NCBI GenBank assembly: GCA_034429935.1
Contig: DAOUFJ010000023.1
Location: forward strand, 9,517-73,516
DNA length: 64,000 bases
Reading direction: 5' to 3'
Source of the DNA: Dehalococcoidales bacterium
GTDB lineage: Bacteria; Chloroflexota; Dehalococcoidia; Dehalococcoidales; UBA5627
Made by a program: the position numbers and the translations under genes. The notes beneath the pieces were generated by a model. It was not told the DNA's origin. It searched no databases and saw only the letters and a program-made list of their open reading frames with translations. Of the stretch, positions 8,990 through 18,846 are shown one piece after another. Every line of letters begins with the position of its first letter. Position 1 is the first letter of the stretch.

Positions 8990-10194
8990 ATTTATTTGAA
9001 CCCCCGTCGTTTTTTAACGAGGCCGACAGTTATACCTATGCCAGTATCAAGCCGGTATTGCGCGTGGAATCTATAAACCTTGAAGACAGCCTGAACAGGG
9101 TGCTGGCCGAAGATATTACGGCGGTTAGAGGTATCCCTCCCTTCAGCCGCGCCGTGATGGACGGGTATGCCGTTATCGCCAGGGATACTATCGGAACATC
9201 GCAGGATGCTCCGAAAATATTCGAGATAGTAGATTATCTGTATGCGGGCGGGGTGTCTAAAAAGTATTTGTCGTCGGGAGAGTGCGTACAGATTACCACC
9301 GGAGCTAAAGTCCCTGAGGGAGCGGATGCCGTTGTAATGACTGAAAATACAGGCATCGAAAACGGCAGATTGTGTATTTATAAACCCGTAAGTTACGGGG
9401 ATAATATAGAAACGGAAGGGCAGGATGTCAAAAGGGGGCGGGTATTATTAAGACAGGGAACGTTTCTGACTCCGGCGGGAGTTGGGTTGATTGCTACCCA
9501 GGGTATACAGAAGATAAAGGTCTATGAAAAACCGAAAGTAGCTGTTATTTCCAATGGTGAGGAACTCACGGAAGCCGGTGGTATTTTAAAGGATGGGCAA
9601 ATTTACGATGTCAATTCTTTTACCGTCAGCGCTATCGTGAGTGAGAACGGTTGTTTGCCTTTGAAGTTTGGAATAGTTGGCGACAATCCCGAAAAAATCA
9701 GGTCGATTATAGATGAAGCATTGAAAGTGGCGGATTTTGTATTTATTTCAGGCGGTTCTTCCCGGGGCGACAGAGACTATCTGATGGAAATCCTTCAGAA
9801 ACTGGGCAGGATTCCCTCTTATAAAATCAAGTCGAATGGGAAATCAGGTATATTTGTCATAGCCAGCGGAAAACCTGTTTTGGGAACACCCGGATTCCCC
9901 TCGTCCTGCCTGATAAATGCCTATGTTCTGCTTGTGCCGGCGCTCAGAAAGATTGCGCAGCTTCCCTGTGACAGGAGAATGAATGTTACTGCAAGGCTCA
10001 CAGAGAAAGTCGAATCTGATAAAAATATCAGCGGGCGTTTTTTACCATTAAAAATAGAGGGCGGCAGGGCAATTCCTGTTATCAGTGAAAATAAGGGGAT
10101 AGTCAATCTTGCCAAAGCGGACGGCTATATAATATTAGACGAAGAAACCGCAGCTATCGAAGAAGGATGTGCGGTTTCCGTTAATCTGTTTTAA
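8986..10194 (+). CDS. moeA: Molybdopterin molybdo/tungsto-transferase MoeA (copy 1)
   Basis: PPFSRAVMDGYAV, ITTGAKVPEGADAVV, IYDVN, SGGSSRG; ATGA overlap with moaB. Confidence 0.88.
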   Translation: MNLFEPPSFFNEADSYTYASIKPVLRVESINLEDSLNRVLAEDITAVRGIPPFSRAVMDGYAVIARDTIGTSQDAPKIFEIVDYLYAGGVSKKYLSSGECVQITTGAKVPEGADAVVMTENTGIENGRLCIYKPVSYGDNIETEGQDVKRGRVLLRQGTFLTPAGVGLIATQGIQKIKVYEKPKVAVISNGEELTEAGGILKDGQIYDVNSFTVSAIVSENGCLPLKFGIVGDNPEKIRSIIDEALKVADFVFISGGSSRGDRDYLMEILQKLGRIPSYKIKSNGKSGIFVIASGKPVLGTPGFPSSCLINAYVLLVPALRKIAQLPCDRRMNVTARLTEKVESDKNISGRFLPLKIEGGRAIPVISENKGIVNLAKADGYIILDEETAAIEEGCAVSVNLF

Positions 10195-10218
10195 ATTATG
10201 TAAAGTACTTTACCCCGG

Positions 10219-10692
10219 TTACCTGATATATGTCCCGCTTTTTCCTCCGCTTTTCTTTTGCAGGCATATATCTTCTATGCTCATCCCCCGGTCAACGGCT
10301 TTACACATATCGTAAATCGTTAAGGCGCTGACGGCGGCAGCAGTCATCGCTTCCATTTCGACTCCCGTTTTCCCGGTGCTTTTCGCCATGGCGGTTATTT
10401 TTATAAAATCATCTCCGGTAAATTCGAAATCGATGCTTATTTCACTTACCAGTATCGTGTGGCACAGGGGGATTAAATCCGGAGTTCTCTTGGCACCCAT
10501 TATTCCTGCGATTCTGGCTGTTGCCAGCACATCGCCCTTTTTCATCTGGTTCTCCCTGATTTTTGCCAGTGTTTCGGGTTTCATTCTTACCCCGCCGGTG
10601 ACGATAGCTTCGCGTACCGAATCATCTTTGGGGGATACGTCTACCATTTTGGCTTCGCCTTTATTATTTATATGAGTTAATTCTTCATCCAT
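10219..10692 (-). CDS. moaC: Cyclic pyranopterin monophosphate synthase
   Basis: MVDVSPK, KKGDVLATARIAGIMGAKRT, LIPLCH, TGVEMEA, YDMCKAVD, KSGGKSG. Confidence 0.96.
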   Translation of the reverse strand: MDEELTHINNKGEAKMVDVSPKDDSVREAIVTGGVRMKPETLAKIRENQMKKGDVLATARIAGIMGAKRTPDLIPLCHTILVSEISIDFEFTGDDFIKITAMAKSTGKTGVEMEAMTAAAVSALTIYDMCKAVDRGMSIEDICLQKKSGGKSGTYIR

Positions 10693-10714
10693 TAAACTAC
10701 TCCGATTTAAGTTG

Positions 10715-11698
10715 TTATCCGCCTATTTGCCACATCTGCCTCTTGTTCAAATCGAGTTTATCTGAATCCAGGTGCCTCTCCCCTTTTAAAGCCACTGCTT
10801 TTCGGATGATTTCCTCCAGTTCTTCTATGCTGGCGCCGGCTCTCAGCGGCCCTTTTATATCGATCTCGTCATCTTGCATCAGGCAGGGCATAAGCCTCCC
10901 GTCGGCTGTAAGCCTGAATCGGTTGCATTCCGAGCAGAAACTATGCGTCATGGCACCGATAAATCCGACCGTCCCTGTGGCACCAGGGAATCTGTAGTAT
11001 TTTGCGGGGCCGTTGCCTATCGCAGTTCCGCACGGCTCCAGGGTGCCAATGGCATTTGCAACGATCTCTTTAATCTCATCTATTCCTATCATTTTTTTCT
11101 TGTCATCTTCGGAATCGGCAAAGGGCATGTATTCTATATAACGAACGTTCCATCCGTCGGTAATGCTCTTCCTGGCGAAGTCTGCTATCTCGTCGTCGTT
11201 AACGCCTTTGATAGGCACCATATTTATCTTTACGGGGTCCAAACCGGCTTCTTTTGCCGCTTCAATGCCTCTCAGGACATCCTCGACATTCCCCCCGCCG
11301 GTTATATATTTGAATTTATCCGGATTAAAGCTGTCGAGGCTGATATTGACTCTTTTCAATCCGGCTTCCTTCAATTCATCCATATATTTTTCGAGAAACA
11401 CCCCATTGGTTGTCAGCGATATATCGTTTATTCCTTCAATGAGATACAGAAGTTCAATCAATGCGCCTACGTCTGGCCTGACGAGCGGTTCCCCGCCGGT
11501 GATTCGGATATTCTTTACTCCTAATCTGGCTGCCGCTTTGACAATCTTCTGAATCTCTTTGTATCTGAGAATGTCATCATGTGTTAGATGTGGAGCAAGG
11601 TGAGAATTGCAATATATACAGCGCATATTACAGCGGTCTGTTACGGATATGCGCATATAGTTGATATTCCGGTGAAATGGATCAACGAGCTTTGACAT
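10715..11698 (-). CDS. moaA: GTP 3',8-cyclase
   Basis: Radical SAM CNMRCIYC, TGGEP, C-terminal CSECNRFRL...PCL, ends IGG. Confidence 0.96.
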   Translation of the reverse strand: MSKLVDPFHRNINYMRISVTDRCNMRCIYCNSHLAPHLTHDDILRYKEIQKIVKAAARLGVKNIRITGGEPLVRPDVGALIELLYLIEGINDISLTTNGVFLEKYMDELKEAGLKRVNISLDSFNPDKFKYITGGGNVEDVLRGIEAAKEAGLDPVKINMVPIKGVNDDEIADFARKSITDGWNVRYIEYMPFADSEDDKKKMIGIDEIKEIVANAIGTLEPCGTAIGNGPAKYYRFPGATGTVGFIGAMTHSFCSECNRFRLTADGRLMPCLMQDDEIDIKGPLRAGASIEELEEIIRKAVALKGERHLDSDKLDLNKRQMWQIGG

Positions 11699-11796
11699 TT
11701 AGCCTCCCACTTATTCGCATATTATTGTAAAACGATTACATCGGGATAAAAACCGATACCTGCCGTGGGGAAGCATAACAATTTGCCGGAAATATA

Positions 11797-11898
11797 TTAT
11801 CCCCTCTTTCAAAACGCGGGCGGTATGGAGATTTCCCATGTATAATTAACCGGTTGTTTTTCATAAGCTATGGTCCGGTCAAAACAACTCGGATGGTT
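11797..11898 (-). ncRNA. Candidate Moco/Wco riboswitch upstream of moaA
   Basis: Minus strand reads AUCCGAG-UUGUUUU...AAAACAA (P2)-CGGU..AUGG-GAAA..CCAU-ACCG (P4-like)-CCCGCGUUUUGAAAGAGGGGAU (P5/P1-like), resembling the Moco RNA motif. It lies between a sigma70 promoter and moaA. No covariance search was run. Confidence 0.55.
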
Positions 11899-11942
11899 TA
11901 GTTATTAACATATGTTTTTAAGATTTCTCAAAGCCTAAGTTA

Positions 11943-11971
11943 AATATACTATGATAAATAAATCATGTCAA
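11943..11971 (-). promoter_or_regulatory. Sigma70-type promoter of moaA-moaC
   Basis: Minus strand TTGACA-N17-TATATT. Confidence 0.6.
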
Positions 11972-12089
11972 CAATATACCGGTATGAATATTTCCGAATT
12001 CACGTAATGTTGAACAGGATGTCGGATGAGCATGTAAAAATGTAATTCCGGTGATAAACCGAACTGCTGTTGATGAAAATCATCATAAG

Positions 12090-12797
12090 CTATGTAACCG
12101 AGCGCAGGGCGGTAAAAAACCTGTCCTGATATACATCGAACAGCCCCCAGCGTTTTAATTCGTCCTTCAATTCAATCGGGGAAATTTCCCCTCGTATTAG
12201 TTTTTCAAACAACTCCTCAATTCTTATCCTGGCTTCGAGGGGGACTCCGCTCGAATCGACATCCAGTAATCCCAGGGATTCGAACTGAACCAGATTTCTT
12301 TGGACGGAGCTCTGGGTTATCTCATATATGAATTTCATCAGTGAAACATCCCAGAGGTCGTCCTGCCCTAAAATAATGGCAGACAGATGTTCGGCTTTTT
12401 CTTCGATATCGTCATTCAGTTTGTCCACCACGGCATCTATTGCTTTGGGGATAATAGTGAGCTCTCCGGGTTCGTTGCGATATGTGTAGTATATTCCCGG
12501 TGAATTGGCTCCGTATATTTCGCTGGCCTTATCAAAATATTTTTTGGCCTCCTGGCTGAAACCCTCCAGCCGTGACAGATAATACGGCGTTACTATCCTG
12601 GGTTTTTCTGCGATGACATGCCCCTGTCTGAGGATGGTTTCCATGTTATTGATGCCCAGTTCTTTATACACTGGTTCGGTAACCATATAATACTTGATAT
12701 TGGTTTGCCCGAATGTAGACAGTTTCTGTCTCGGCAACCTTAATATTATTGTGTTTTTAGCAGCGTACTCTATTCTATCGCCATAGCTGTTCATCAC
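12090..12797 (-). CDS. Hypothetical protein
   Basis: 235-aa ORF with natural composition; no family motif recognised. Confidence 0.7.
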   Translation of the reverse strand: MMNSYGDRIEYAAKNTIILRLPRQKLSTFGQTNIKYYMVTEPVYKELGINNMETILRQGHVIAEKPRIVTPYYLSRLEGFSQEAKKYFDKASEIYGANSPGIYYTYRNEPGELTIIPKAIDAVVDKLNDDIEEKAEHLSAIILGQDDLWDVSLMKFIYEITQSSVQRNLVQFESLGLLDVDSSGVPLEARIRIEELFEKLIRGEISPIELKDELKRWGLFDVYQDRFFTALRSVT

Positions 12798-12823
12798 AAA
12801 ATCCCTGCAGTCACCTGTGGGTA

Positions 12824-13414
12824 TTAGTCGATATTTCTTAATGCCTGCTTGTATTCGTTCAGATAGTTGTTATACTGGTTATCAAACTGCGAGAGCGTCT
12901 TGTGCCATTCATCCTGGAACTGGGGTAAACTCTCTACATTGATATTTAAATCGTTGCCTGTCCCCAACTGTTTTTCCAGTGCCTGTTCTATTTTGCCATG
13001 GAAATCGTTTTTTAAGAGTTCGTACGCCTGGTCTCTCTGCTGTTTCCCATGGGTATTATAATGGTCGAAAATATAATTGATGTTATTAAATATCTCTTTG
13101 ACAGCATTCTTGTCGTTCTTAATATAGAGGATGTTTTCCATGGCTTTCTCGTTATTGTTTTTTACGGCATCGTTTTTAGGTATGTTGATATTGCTTATGA
13201 ATACCTTTTCCGCCCCTTTTAAGACGAACTCCCTGGCTTTCCTGTCATAGCTGTCGATTTTTGATTTTATCTCACATCCGTCGTTCAGGCAGGAAGCCGC
13301 CAGCTTCTCGCCTTCGGGGACGTACTTCCATTTGAGTTGCTCTTCCTCCGAGGCTTCTCCGATGGATGCTGCTTTTTCCATCGCAATTTCGCGAAAGCTC
13401 TTTATATCAGCCAT
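12824..13414 (-). CDS. Hypothetical protein
   Basis: 196-aa helical, charged ORF after a GAGGG RBS; co-oriented with the downstream ORF (26-nt gap). Confidence 0.7.
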   Translation of the reverse strand: MADIKSFREIAMEKAASIGEASEEEQLKWKYVPEGEKLAASCLNDGCEIKSKIDSYDRKAREFVLKGAEKVFISNINIPKNDAVKNNNEKAMENILYIKNDKNAVKEIFNNINYIFDHYNTHGKQQRDQAYELLKNDFHGKIEQALEKQLGTGNDLNINVESLPQFQDEWHKTLSQFDNQYNNYLNEYKQALRNID

Positions 13415-13558
13415 AAATCTTTCCCTCTTATAAATTTCCAGTTATATCACTACGTATATTATATAATAAATTCGGATGTAATCATAAAAACGGTAATTCG
13501 AAGTTTAAAAAGTGCTACAATTGGTGTTATAATCTACGCAATATCAAAGGAGAAGGCC

Positions 13559-14464
13559 ATGTATTTCAAGAATGCTTTAGATGCTCTGGGACATACCCCG
13601 CTGGTGGAACTTCCCGGGATGGTGAAAAACAAGAGGGTACGCATTCTTGCCAAGCTTGAAGGCCAGAATCTCGGTGGAAGCGCCAGTACCAAGGACCGCG
13701 TGGCGAAATACATGATAGAAACGGCTGTAAAAAACGGGCAGCTTGGCAGGGATAAAACTATCATCGAAGCCACCAGTGGTAATACCGGCATATCCCTGGC
13801 CTGGCTCGCTAAAAAAATGGGGTATAGAGTTATCATCGTTATGCCTGAAAATATGAGCAAGGAGAGGCAGCAGCTTATCCGTGTATTCGGAGCCGAGCTT
13901 ATTCTTACCAGTGCCAAAGACGGAGTCCTCGGTTCCATGAATCTGGTCAAAGAGATGGTTGCAAAAGACGCCAGATATTATGTGCCCGACCAGTTTTCCA
14001 ATCCGGCAAATCCATTGGCTCATTATGAAACGACGGGGGTGGAAATACTGGAGGATTTTCCGTATAGCAGCATAGATTACCTTGTTGCCGGTATCGGAAC
14101 CGGCGGAACTATTGTCGGTGTTACCAGAAGGTTGAGAGAGAAATTTCCGCAAATGCAGACAATCGGTGTCGAACCACCGCTCGGTGATTGTATTCAGGGA
14201 TTGCGGTGTCTTGAAACCTTTATCCCTCCGGTACTGGATTTAAGTCTTGTAACCAGAAGGGTATCTGTAACCAGTGAGCAGGCCAATAATGCCGCCAAAA
14301 AGCTGCTCGCCGATGAAGGGATATTCTGCGGTCAGTCATCGGGTGCCTTGATACATCAGGCAGTTCAAATTGCAAATGACATCGAGGAAGGAAATATTGT
14401 GGCAGTGCTTCCCGATGGCGGATGGAAATATCTGAGCCTCGATTTCTGGACAAGACAGAGCTAG
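13559..14464 (+). CDS. cysM: PLP-dependent cysteine synthase, CysM-like
   Basis: Start moved to ATG 13559; AKLEGQNLGGSASTKDR (PLP Lys), EATSGNTG, GIGTGGT, PDGGWKYLS. Confidence 0.85.
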   Translation: MYFKNALDALGHTPLVELPGMVKNKRVRILAKLEGQNLGGSASTKDRVAKYMIETAVKNGQLGRDKTIIEATSGNTGISLAWLAKKMGYRVIIVMPENMSKERQQLIRVFGAELILTSAKDGVLGSMNLVKEMVAKDARYYVPDQFSNPANPLAHYETTGVEILEDFPYSSIDYLVAGIGTGGTIVGVTRRLREKFPQMQTIGVEPPLGDCIQGLRCLETFIPPVLDLSLVTRRVSVTSEQANNAAKKLLADEGIFCGQSSGALIHQAVQIANDIEEGNIVAVLPDGGWKYLSLDFWTRQS

Positions 14465-14467
14465 AAA

Positions 14468-16048
14468 CTATTTGTGTTTTATCAGCCAGTACTCGAGGCT
14501 GTCGGCCAGTGCCAGCCAGCTGGCTTCGATAATATCGGACGAACTCCCTACCGTTTTCCAGTGCTCTGTTCCGTCGCTGGATTCGATAAGCACTCTCACA
14601 TGGGATTCTGTGTTCATCGAATTGAGAATGCGCACCTTGTAATCCACCAGTTTGATTACCGACAGCTGGGGATAAAACTGTATAAGGGCTTTCCGCAGGG
14701 CCTTATCGAGGGCATTGACCGGGCCGTTGCCTTCCGAAACCATGTGCATGATTTTACCGTCTACCTTAACCTTGACCATGGCTTCCGAGAGAGTTTCCTC
14801 GTGATTGTATATCGTGGGTGACCGGCGTCTGCTTTCAACGATTACCATGAAATCGACCAGTTCGAAGGGCGGCTGGTAGTTGGTCTGTGCCCTGTGAACC
14901 AGCAAATCGAAGGAGGCTTCCGCATTTTCATACTGGAAACCGCGGCTTTCCAGGTCCTTTACTTTTTCCAGTAATTGTTGCGCTTCCTTGCCCTTGGGAG
15001 GCAAAGGCACCCCGATTTCACTGGCACGGTGAACGATATTCGACCTGCCGGAAAGTTCGGAGATCAGCATGCGCGATTTGTTTCCCACCAGTGCCGGCTC
15101 TATATGCTGGTAGCTGCCCGACCACTTGCTTAATCCTGAAACATGCAACCCGGCTTTATGGCTGAAAGCACTGGTTCCCACGTAGGGCAGCGAAGGGTTG
15201 GGGTTGAGATTGGCAGCTTCGTTTATATAATTGGCAATATCCGACAGTTTTGCCAGGTTTTCATCGCTTATGCAATCTATCCCCATTTTCAGCTTGAGAT
15301 TGGGGATAATCGAACACAGGTTGGCGTTGCCGCAACGTTCCCCATATCCGTTGATAGTGCCCTGTACCTGGGTAGCCCCGGCTTTTACCGCTGCCAGGGT
15401 AACGGCTACGGCAAGGTCGCTGTCGTTATGTGCATGGATGCCTATGGGTATGGTCGTTACTTCGCGTACCTTTTTAACTGCTTCGAAGACTTCATCCGGT
15501 AGCGTACCTCCGTTCGTATCGCATAGCACCAGGCAATCCGCTCCGGCCTTTTCAGAGGCAATCAGAACGTCCAGTGCATATTGGGGATTGTCTTTAAACC
15601 CGTCGAAAAAATGTTCTGCGTCAATGAAAACGGATATTCCTTTGCTTCTGAGGTATTCTATTGAATCCGTTATCATATTGATGTTTTCTTCGAGGGTGGT
15701 CTCCAGAACCTGTGTCACCTGGCGTGCCGAACACTTGGATACCAGCGTAACGATTTTGGTATTGGCATTGACGAGCGAAGCTATTATCGGGTCGTCCTCG
15801 GCTTTTCCGTTTGCCCGCCTGGTGCTTCCGAAGGCGACCAGCTTTGCGTTCTTTAATTTCAACTCGCGCGCTTTTTCGAAAAACTCGATATCCTTCGGAT
15901 TTGAACCCGGCCATCCGCCTTCAATCAGGTGGATGCCGAGTTCATCCAGTTTGCATGCAATATTCAGCTTATCCACAACAGAAAAGGAAATACCTTCCTT
16001 TTGTGAACCGTCCCTCAGTGTTGTGTCATATAGCTGTATTGATATCAT
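14468..16048 (-). CDS. cimA: Citramalate synthase
   Basis: YDTTLRDGSQ, EGGWPGSNPKD, HAHND, GERCGNA, HKAGLHVS, LeuA-type C-terminal regulatory domain; last gene of the leu operon. Confidence 0.9.
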   Translation of the reverse strand: MISIQLYDTTLRDGSQKEGISFSVVDKLNIACKLDELGIHLIEGGWPGSNPKDIEFFEKARELKLKNAKLVAFGSTRRANGKAEDDPIIASLVNANTKIVTLVSKCSARQVTQVLETTLEENINMITDSIEYLRSKGISVFIDAEHFFDGFKDNPQYALDVLIASEKAGADCLVLCDTNGGTLPDEVFEAVKKVREVTTIPIGIHAHNDSDLAVAVTLAAVKAGATQVQGTINGYGERCGNANLCSIIPNLKLKMGIDCISDENLAKLSDIANYINEAANLNPNPSLPYVGTSAFSHKAGLHVSGLSKWSGSYQHIEPALVGNKSRMLISELSGRSNIVHRASEIGVPLPPKGKEAQQLLEKVKDLESRGFQYENAEASFDLLVHRAQTNYQPPFELVDFMVIVESRRRSPTIYNHEETLSEAMVKVKVDGKIMHMVSEGNGPVNALDKALRKALIQFYPQLSVIKLVDYKVRILNSMNTESHVRVLIESSDGTEHWKTVGSSSDIIEASWLALADSLEYWLIKHK

Positions 16049-16055
16049 CGGTACC

Positions 16056-17144
16056 TTAAATCCTTTCAGCGATTAAATCACCCATCTGGCTGGTGGTTAC
16101 TTTGGTTGTGCCTTCTCCCATTATATCATATGTGGCGTAATTATCATCCAGCACCTTTGAAATGGCGTTTTCTACGGCGGCCGCTTCTTCGGTTAAACCG
16201 AGCGAGTAGTTCAGCATCATCGCCATGCTCAAAATAGTGGCAATAGGATTGACTTTATTCTGTCCCTTATGTCTCGGTGCACTGCCGTGACTCGGTTCAT
16301 ACATACCGAGCGTTCTGTTGCCGGCTTTGGGAACTCCTGCCAGGCTGGCAGATGCCAGCATACCCAGTGAACCGCCGAGCATAGATGCCTCATCTGTTAA
16401 AATATCCCCGAAAGTATTTTCGGTAACAATAACATCGAGATACTTCGGATTCTGAATGATTCTCATAGCACAGGCATCCACCAGCATATGCTCCAGCTCG
16501 ACATCCGGATATTCTTTCGCGATTTCGACGGCTACCTGCCGCCACAATCTCGAAGATTGCAGTACGTTGGCTTTGTCAACCGATACCAGCTTCTTCTTGC
16601 GAGTGCGAGCAATTTCAAAGCCGACTCTGACGATGCGGGCGATTTCGTGCTCGGAATAAAGCATCGAATCGACCGCCCATCTGCCGTCTTTCTCCGTCCA
16701 TCTCTTTTTAGGCTGTCCGAAGTATAAACCTCCTGTAAGCTCGCGGACGAATACGAAATCCACTCCGTCCAGAACCCCGGGTTTGAAATTGGTGTGTCCG
16801 ACCAGTGACGGATAGGCATGCACAGGCCTCAGGTTGGCAAACAAGCCCAGTTCCTTGCGGATTGCCAGTAATCCGTCCTCCGGGTGTATCGGAGCCTGCG
16901 GGTCGTCGAACCTGGGGTCTCCGACGGCGCCCAGCAATACGGCATCGCTCTTTTTACATTTATCGATGGTCTCCTGTGATAATGCGGTTCCTTCTTCATC
17001 TATGGCTACGCCGCCGATGAGGGCATAATCACAGTTGAATTCGTGCCCGAATTTTTTACCGACGGTATTCATTACTTTTACGGATTCGGCTATGATTTCG
17101 GGGCCGATACCGTCACCTGGTAAAACGACAATGTTAAATTTCAT
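16056..17144 (-). CDS. leuB: 3-isopropylmalate dehydrogenase
   Basis: PGDGIGPE, RELTGGLYFG, VDKANVL, NTFGDILTD, EPSHGSAP. Confidence 0.97.
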   Translation of the reverse strand: MKFNIVVLPGDGIGPEIIAESVKVMNTVGKKFGHEFNCDYALIGGVAIDEEGTALSQETIDKCKKSDAVLLGAVGDPRFDDPQAPIHPEDGLLAIRKELGLFANLRPVHAYPSLVGHTNFKPGVLDGVDFVFVRELTGGLYFGQPKKRWTEKDGRWAVDSMLYSEHEIARIVRVGFEIARTRKKKLVSVDKANVLQSSRLWRQVAVEIAKEYPDVELEHMLVDACAMRIIQNPKYLDVIVTENTFGDILTDEASMLGGSLGMLASASLAGVPKAGNRTLGMYEPSHGSAPRHKGQNKVNPIATILSMAMMLNYSLGLTEEAAAVENAISKVLDDNYATYDIMGEGTTKVTTSQMGDLIAERI

Positions 17145-17639
17145 CTATTTATTCTCCAATCTCCTTTTTGTATATTCGATAAGTCCACCTGCTGCTATCA
17201 ATTGTCCCATAAAATCGGGATAAGGTTCAGCCGTGAATTCTTTTCCGTTATTCAAATTCTTGATTTTGCCGTTGGAAAGGTTGACTTCAAGAATATCGCC
17301 GCTATTGGTATTATCGACAGCCTCGCCGCATTCCAGAACAGGTAGTCCTATGTTAATGGCGTTGCGGAAGAAGATGCGGGCAAAGCTCCTGGCAATAACG
17401 CAGGAAACGCCGGAAGCCTTGATTGCAATCGGAGCATGCTCTCTGGAAGACCCGCAGCCGAAATTGGTGGTGGCAACGATAATATCTCCGGCATTTACCT
17501 TTTTAACAAAATCGAGGTCTATATCTTCCATGCAGTGCTTTGCCAGCGCCGACGGTTCTGATACATTTAAATACCGCGCCGGAATTATGGCATCGGTATC
17601 GACATTTTCACCGTATTTAAAAACTTTTCCTTTCAACAT
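17145..17639 (-). CDS. leuD: 3-isopropylmalate dehydratase small subunit
   Basis: [34 protein letters not shown]. Confidence 0.97.
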   Translation of the reverse strand: MLKGKVFKYGENVDTDAIIPARYLNVSEPSALAKHCMEDIDLDFVKKVNAGDIIVATTNFGCGSSREHAPIAIKASGVSCVIARSFARIFFRNAINIGLPVLECGEAVDNTNSGDILEVNLSNGKIKNLNNGKEFTAEPYPDFMGQLIAAGGLIEYTKRRLENK

Positions 17640-17685
17640 TGAGAGGATAACTCCTTTTCCTTATTTATTTTTCCTCATCCGTCAT

Positions 17686-17750
17686 CCCGATACATCGGGC
17701 TATAGTTCGGCGGTCTCCGCTCATCCTTAGTTTATCGAAGGACACGAACG
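17686..17750 (+). repeat. REP-like palindromic element plus CCCGAT-AC-ATCGGG palindrome
   Basis: CCGCTCATCCTTAGTTTATCGAAGGACACGAACG (17717-17750) resembles the elements at 35017 and 54907; a separate 14-nt palindrome lies at 17686-17699. Confidence 0.55.
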
Positions 17751-17771
17751 TCTTTTATTATTACTGTTAAC

Positions 17772-18248
17772 TTACTCTTCTACCAGCTTCTTCTCGAAAT
17801 CCCTCACCTTCGGGGCTTTTTTGCCTTTAGCCGCCTCGATGGTATGCCCTTCCGCTTCAAGGTGTTTTGCCTGTGCATCAATTCCACCGGGATATTTTTC
17901 ATTGAGCTCGCCGGTAGATTTAAGCGTCCGCCAGTAAGGAGTGATATCCTTTTTACCCTCGGCGGCGTCCTCTTCGGCGGCATAAGCGGCAGTCCATGCA
18001 AATATGCCGCTGGTAATGGGGCAGGCAAAATTCACATGATGTTTTTTGGCCAGAATACTGCGTATCTGGTTAATAGTAGTCAGCTTTCCATAGGGAACCT
18101 TTCTCATTATCTCGTCCACTTCCAGCGGAGCCGGAATAACGAATTTACCGGTGCCCCATTTTTGGCTCATGGTTTCCGTAACTTCTTCTATTTTGGGCAA
18201 GTCTTTGCTGTCTGCCAGCTTCTCACGCCAAGTTTTCTTTTTACCCAT
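17772..18248 (-). CDS. MGMT/alkyltransferase-like DNA-binding protein
   Basis: Start moved to ATG 18248 (MGKKKTW). VPYGKLTT helix motif; PYWRTLK in place of PCHRV; Q...LEAEGH tail typical of the Ogt/ATL fold. Confidence 0.7.
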   Translation of the reverse strand: MGKKKTWREKLADSKDLPKIEEVTETMSQKWGTGKFVIPAPLEVDEIMRKVPYGKLTTINQIRSILAKKHHVNFACPITSGIFAWTAAYAAEEDAAEGKKDITPYWRTLKSTGELNEKYPGGIDAQAKHLEAEGHTIEAAKGKKAPKVRDFEKKLVEE

Positions 18249-18249
18249 A

Positions 18250-18843
18250 TCAGTCTCTCCTGTAAACCGCCTCGTAGTTGTGGCACACAAGAGTTTTTTC
18301 AAGTAACGAGTGCACCTCTTTAAACCCATTCTTCTTTAAGAAAGACTTTACTTTTTTAATATCTACAGTTTCCAGCCCGAAGCTCAATTTGGATGATTTA
18401 TCCATATTGGAAATCGCTTCGGGATAGATAACCTCGGCATAGATGAAATATCCACCCGGTTTTAAAACTCGTGTTATTTCAGCCAGAGCCACTCTCCATT
18501 TATCGACATGATGTAAAACGCCGAAGGAAATAACCACATTGAAGCTCTCGTCTTCGAAAGGCAGTTTGACCGCATCAGCCTCTTGAAAAGACAGGTTGGG
18601 TATATGCCCCGAATCTCTGCGTGCCAGAGCAATTTGTCCGGGGTCGATATCCGTAGCAATGACGTTTCCAATGTAGTTTCTGGCAATATATCTGGCTACC
18701 TCACCGTTTCCACAACCTATCTCCAGAAAATCGGTCTTGTCGTCGAACTCGGTTATTTCCAGCAATTTTTTTGCCAGTTCTACGCCTCTTTTTTGGCTCC
18801 ATGGATTATTGGACAGGAGCTTTTCGAGGCCCAGCATTTTCAT
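18250..18843 (-). CDS. Class I SAM-dependent methyltransferase
   Basis: FLEIGCGNG motif I, ATDID, DAVKLPFEDESF, LKPGG. Confidence 0.88.
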   Translation of the reverse strand: MKMLGLEKLLSNNPWSQKRGVELAKKLLEITEFDDKTDFLEIGCGNGEVARYIARNYIGNVIATDIDPGQIALARRDSGHIPNLSFQEADAVKLPFEDESFNVVISFGVLHHVDKWRVALAEITRVLKPGGYFIYAEVIYPEAISNMDKSSKLSFGLETVDIKKVKSFLKKNGFKEVHSLLEKTLVCHNYEAVYRRD

Positions 18844-18846
18844 AAT

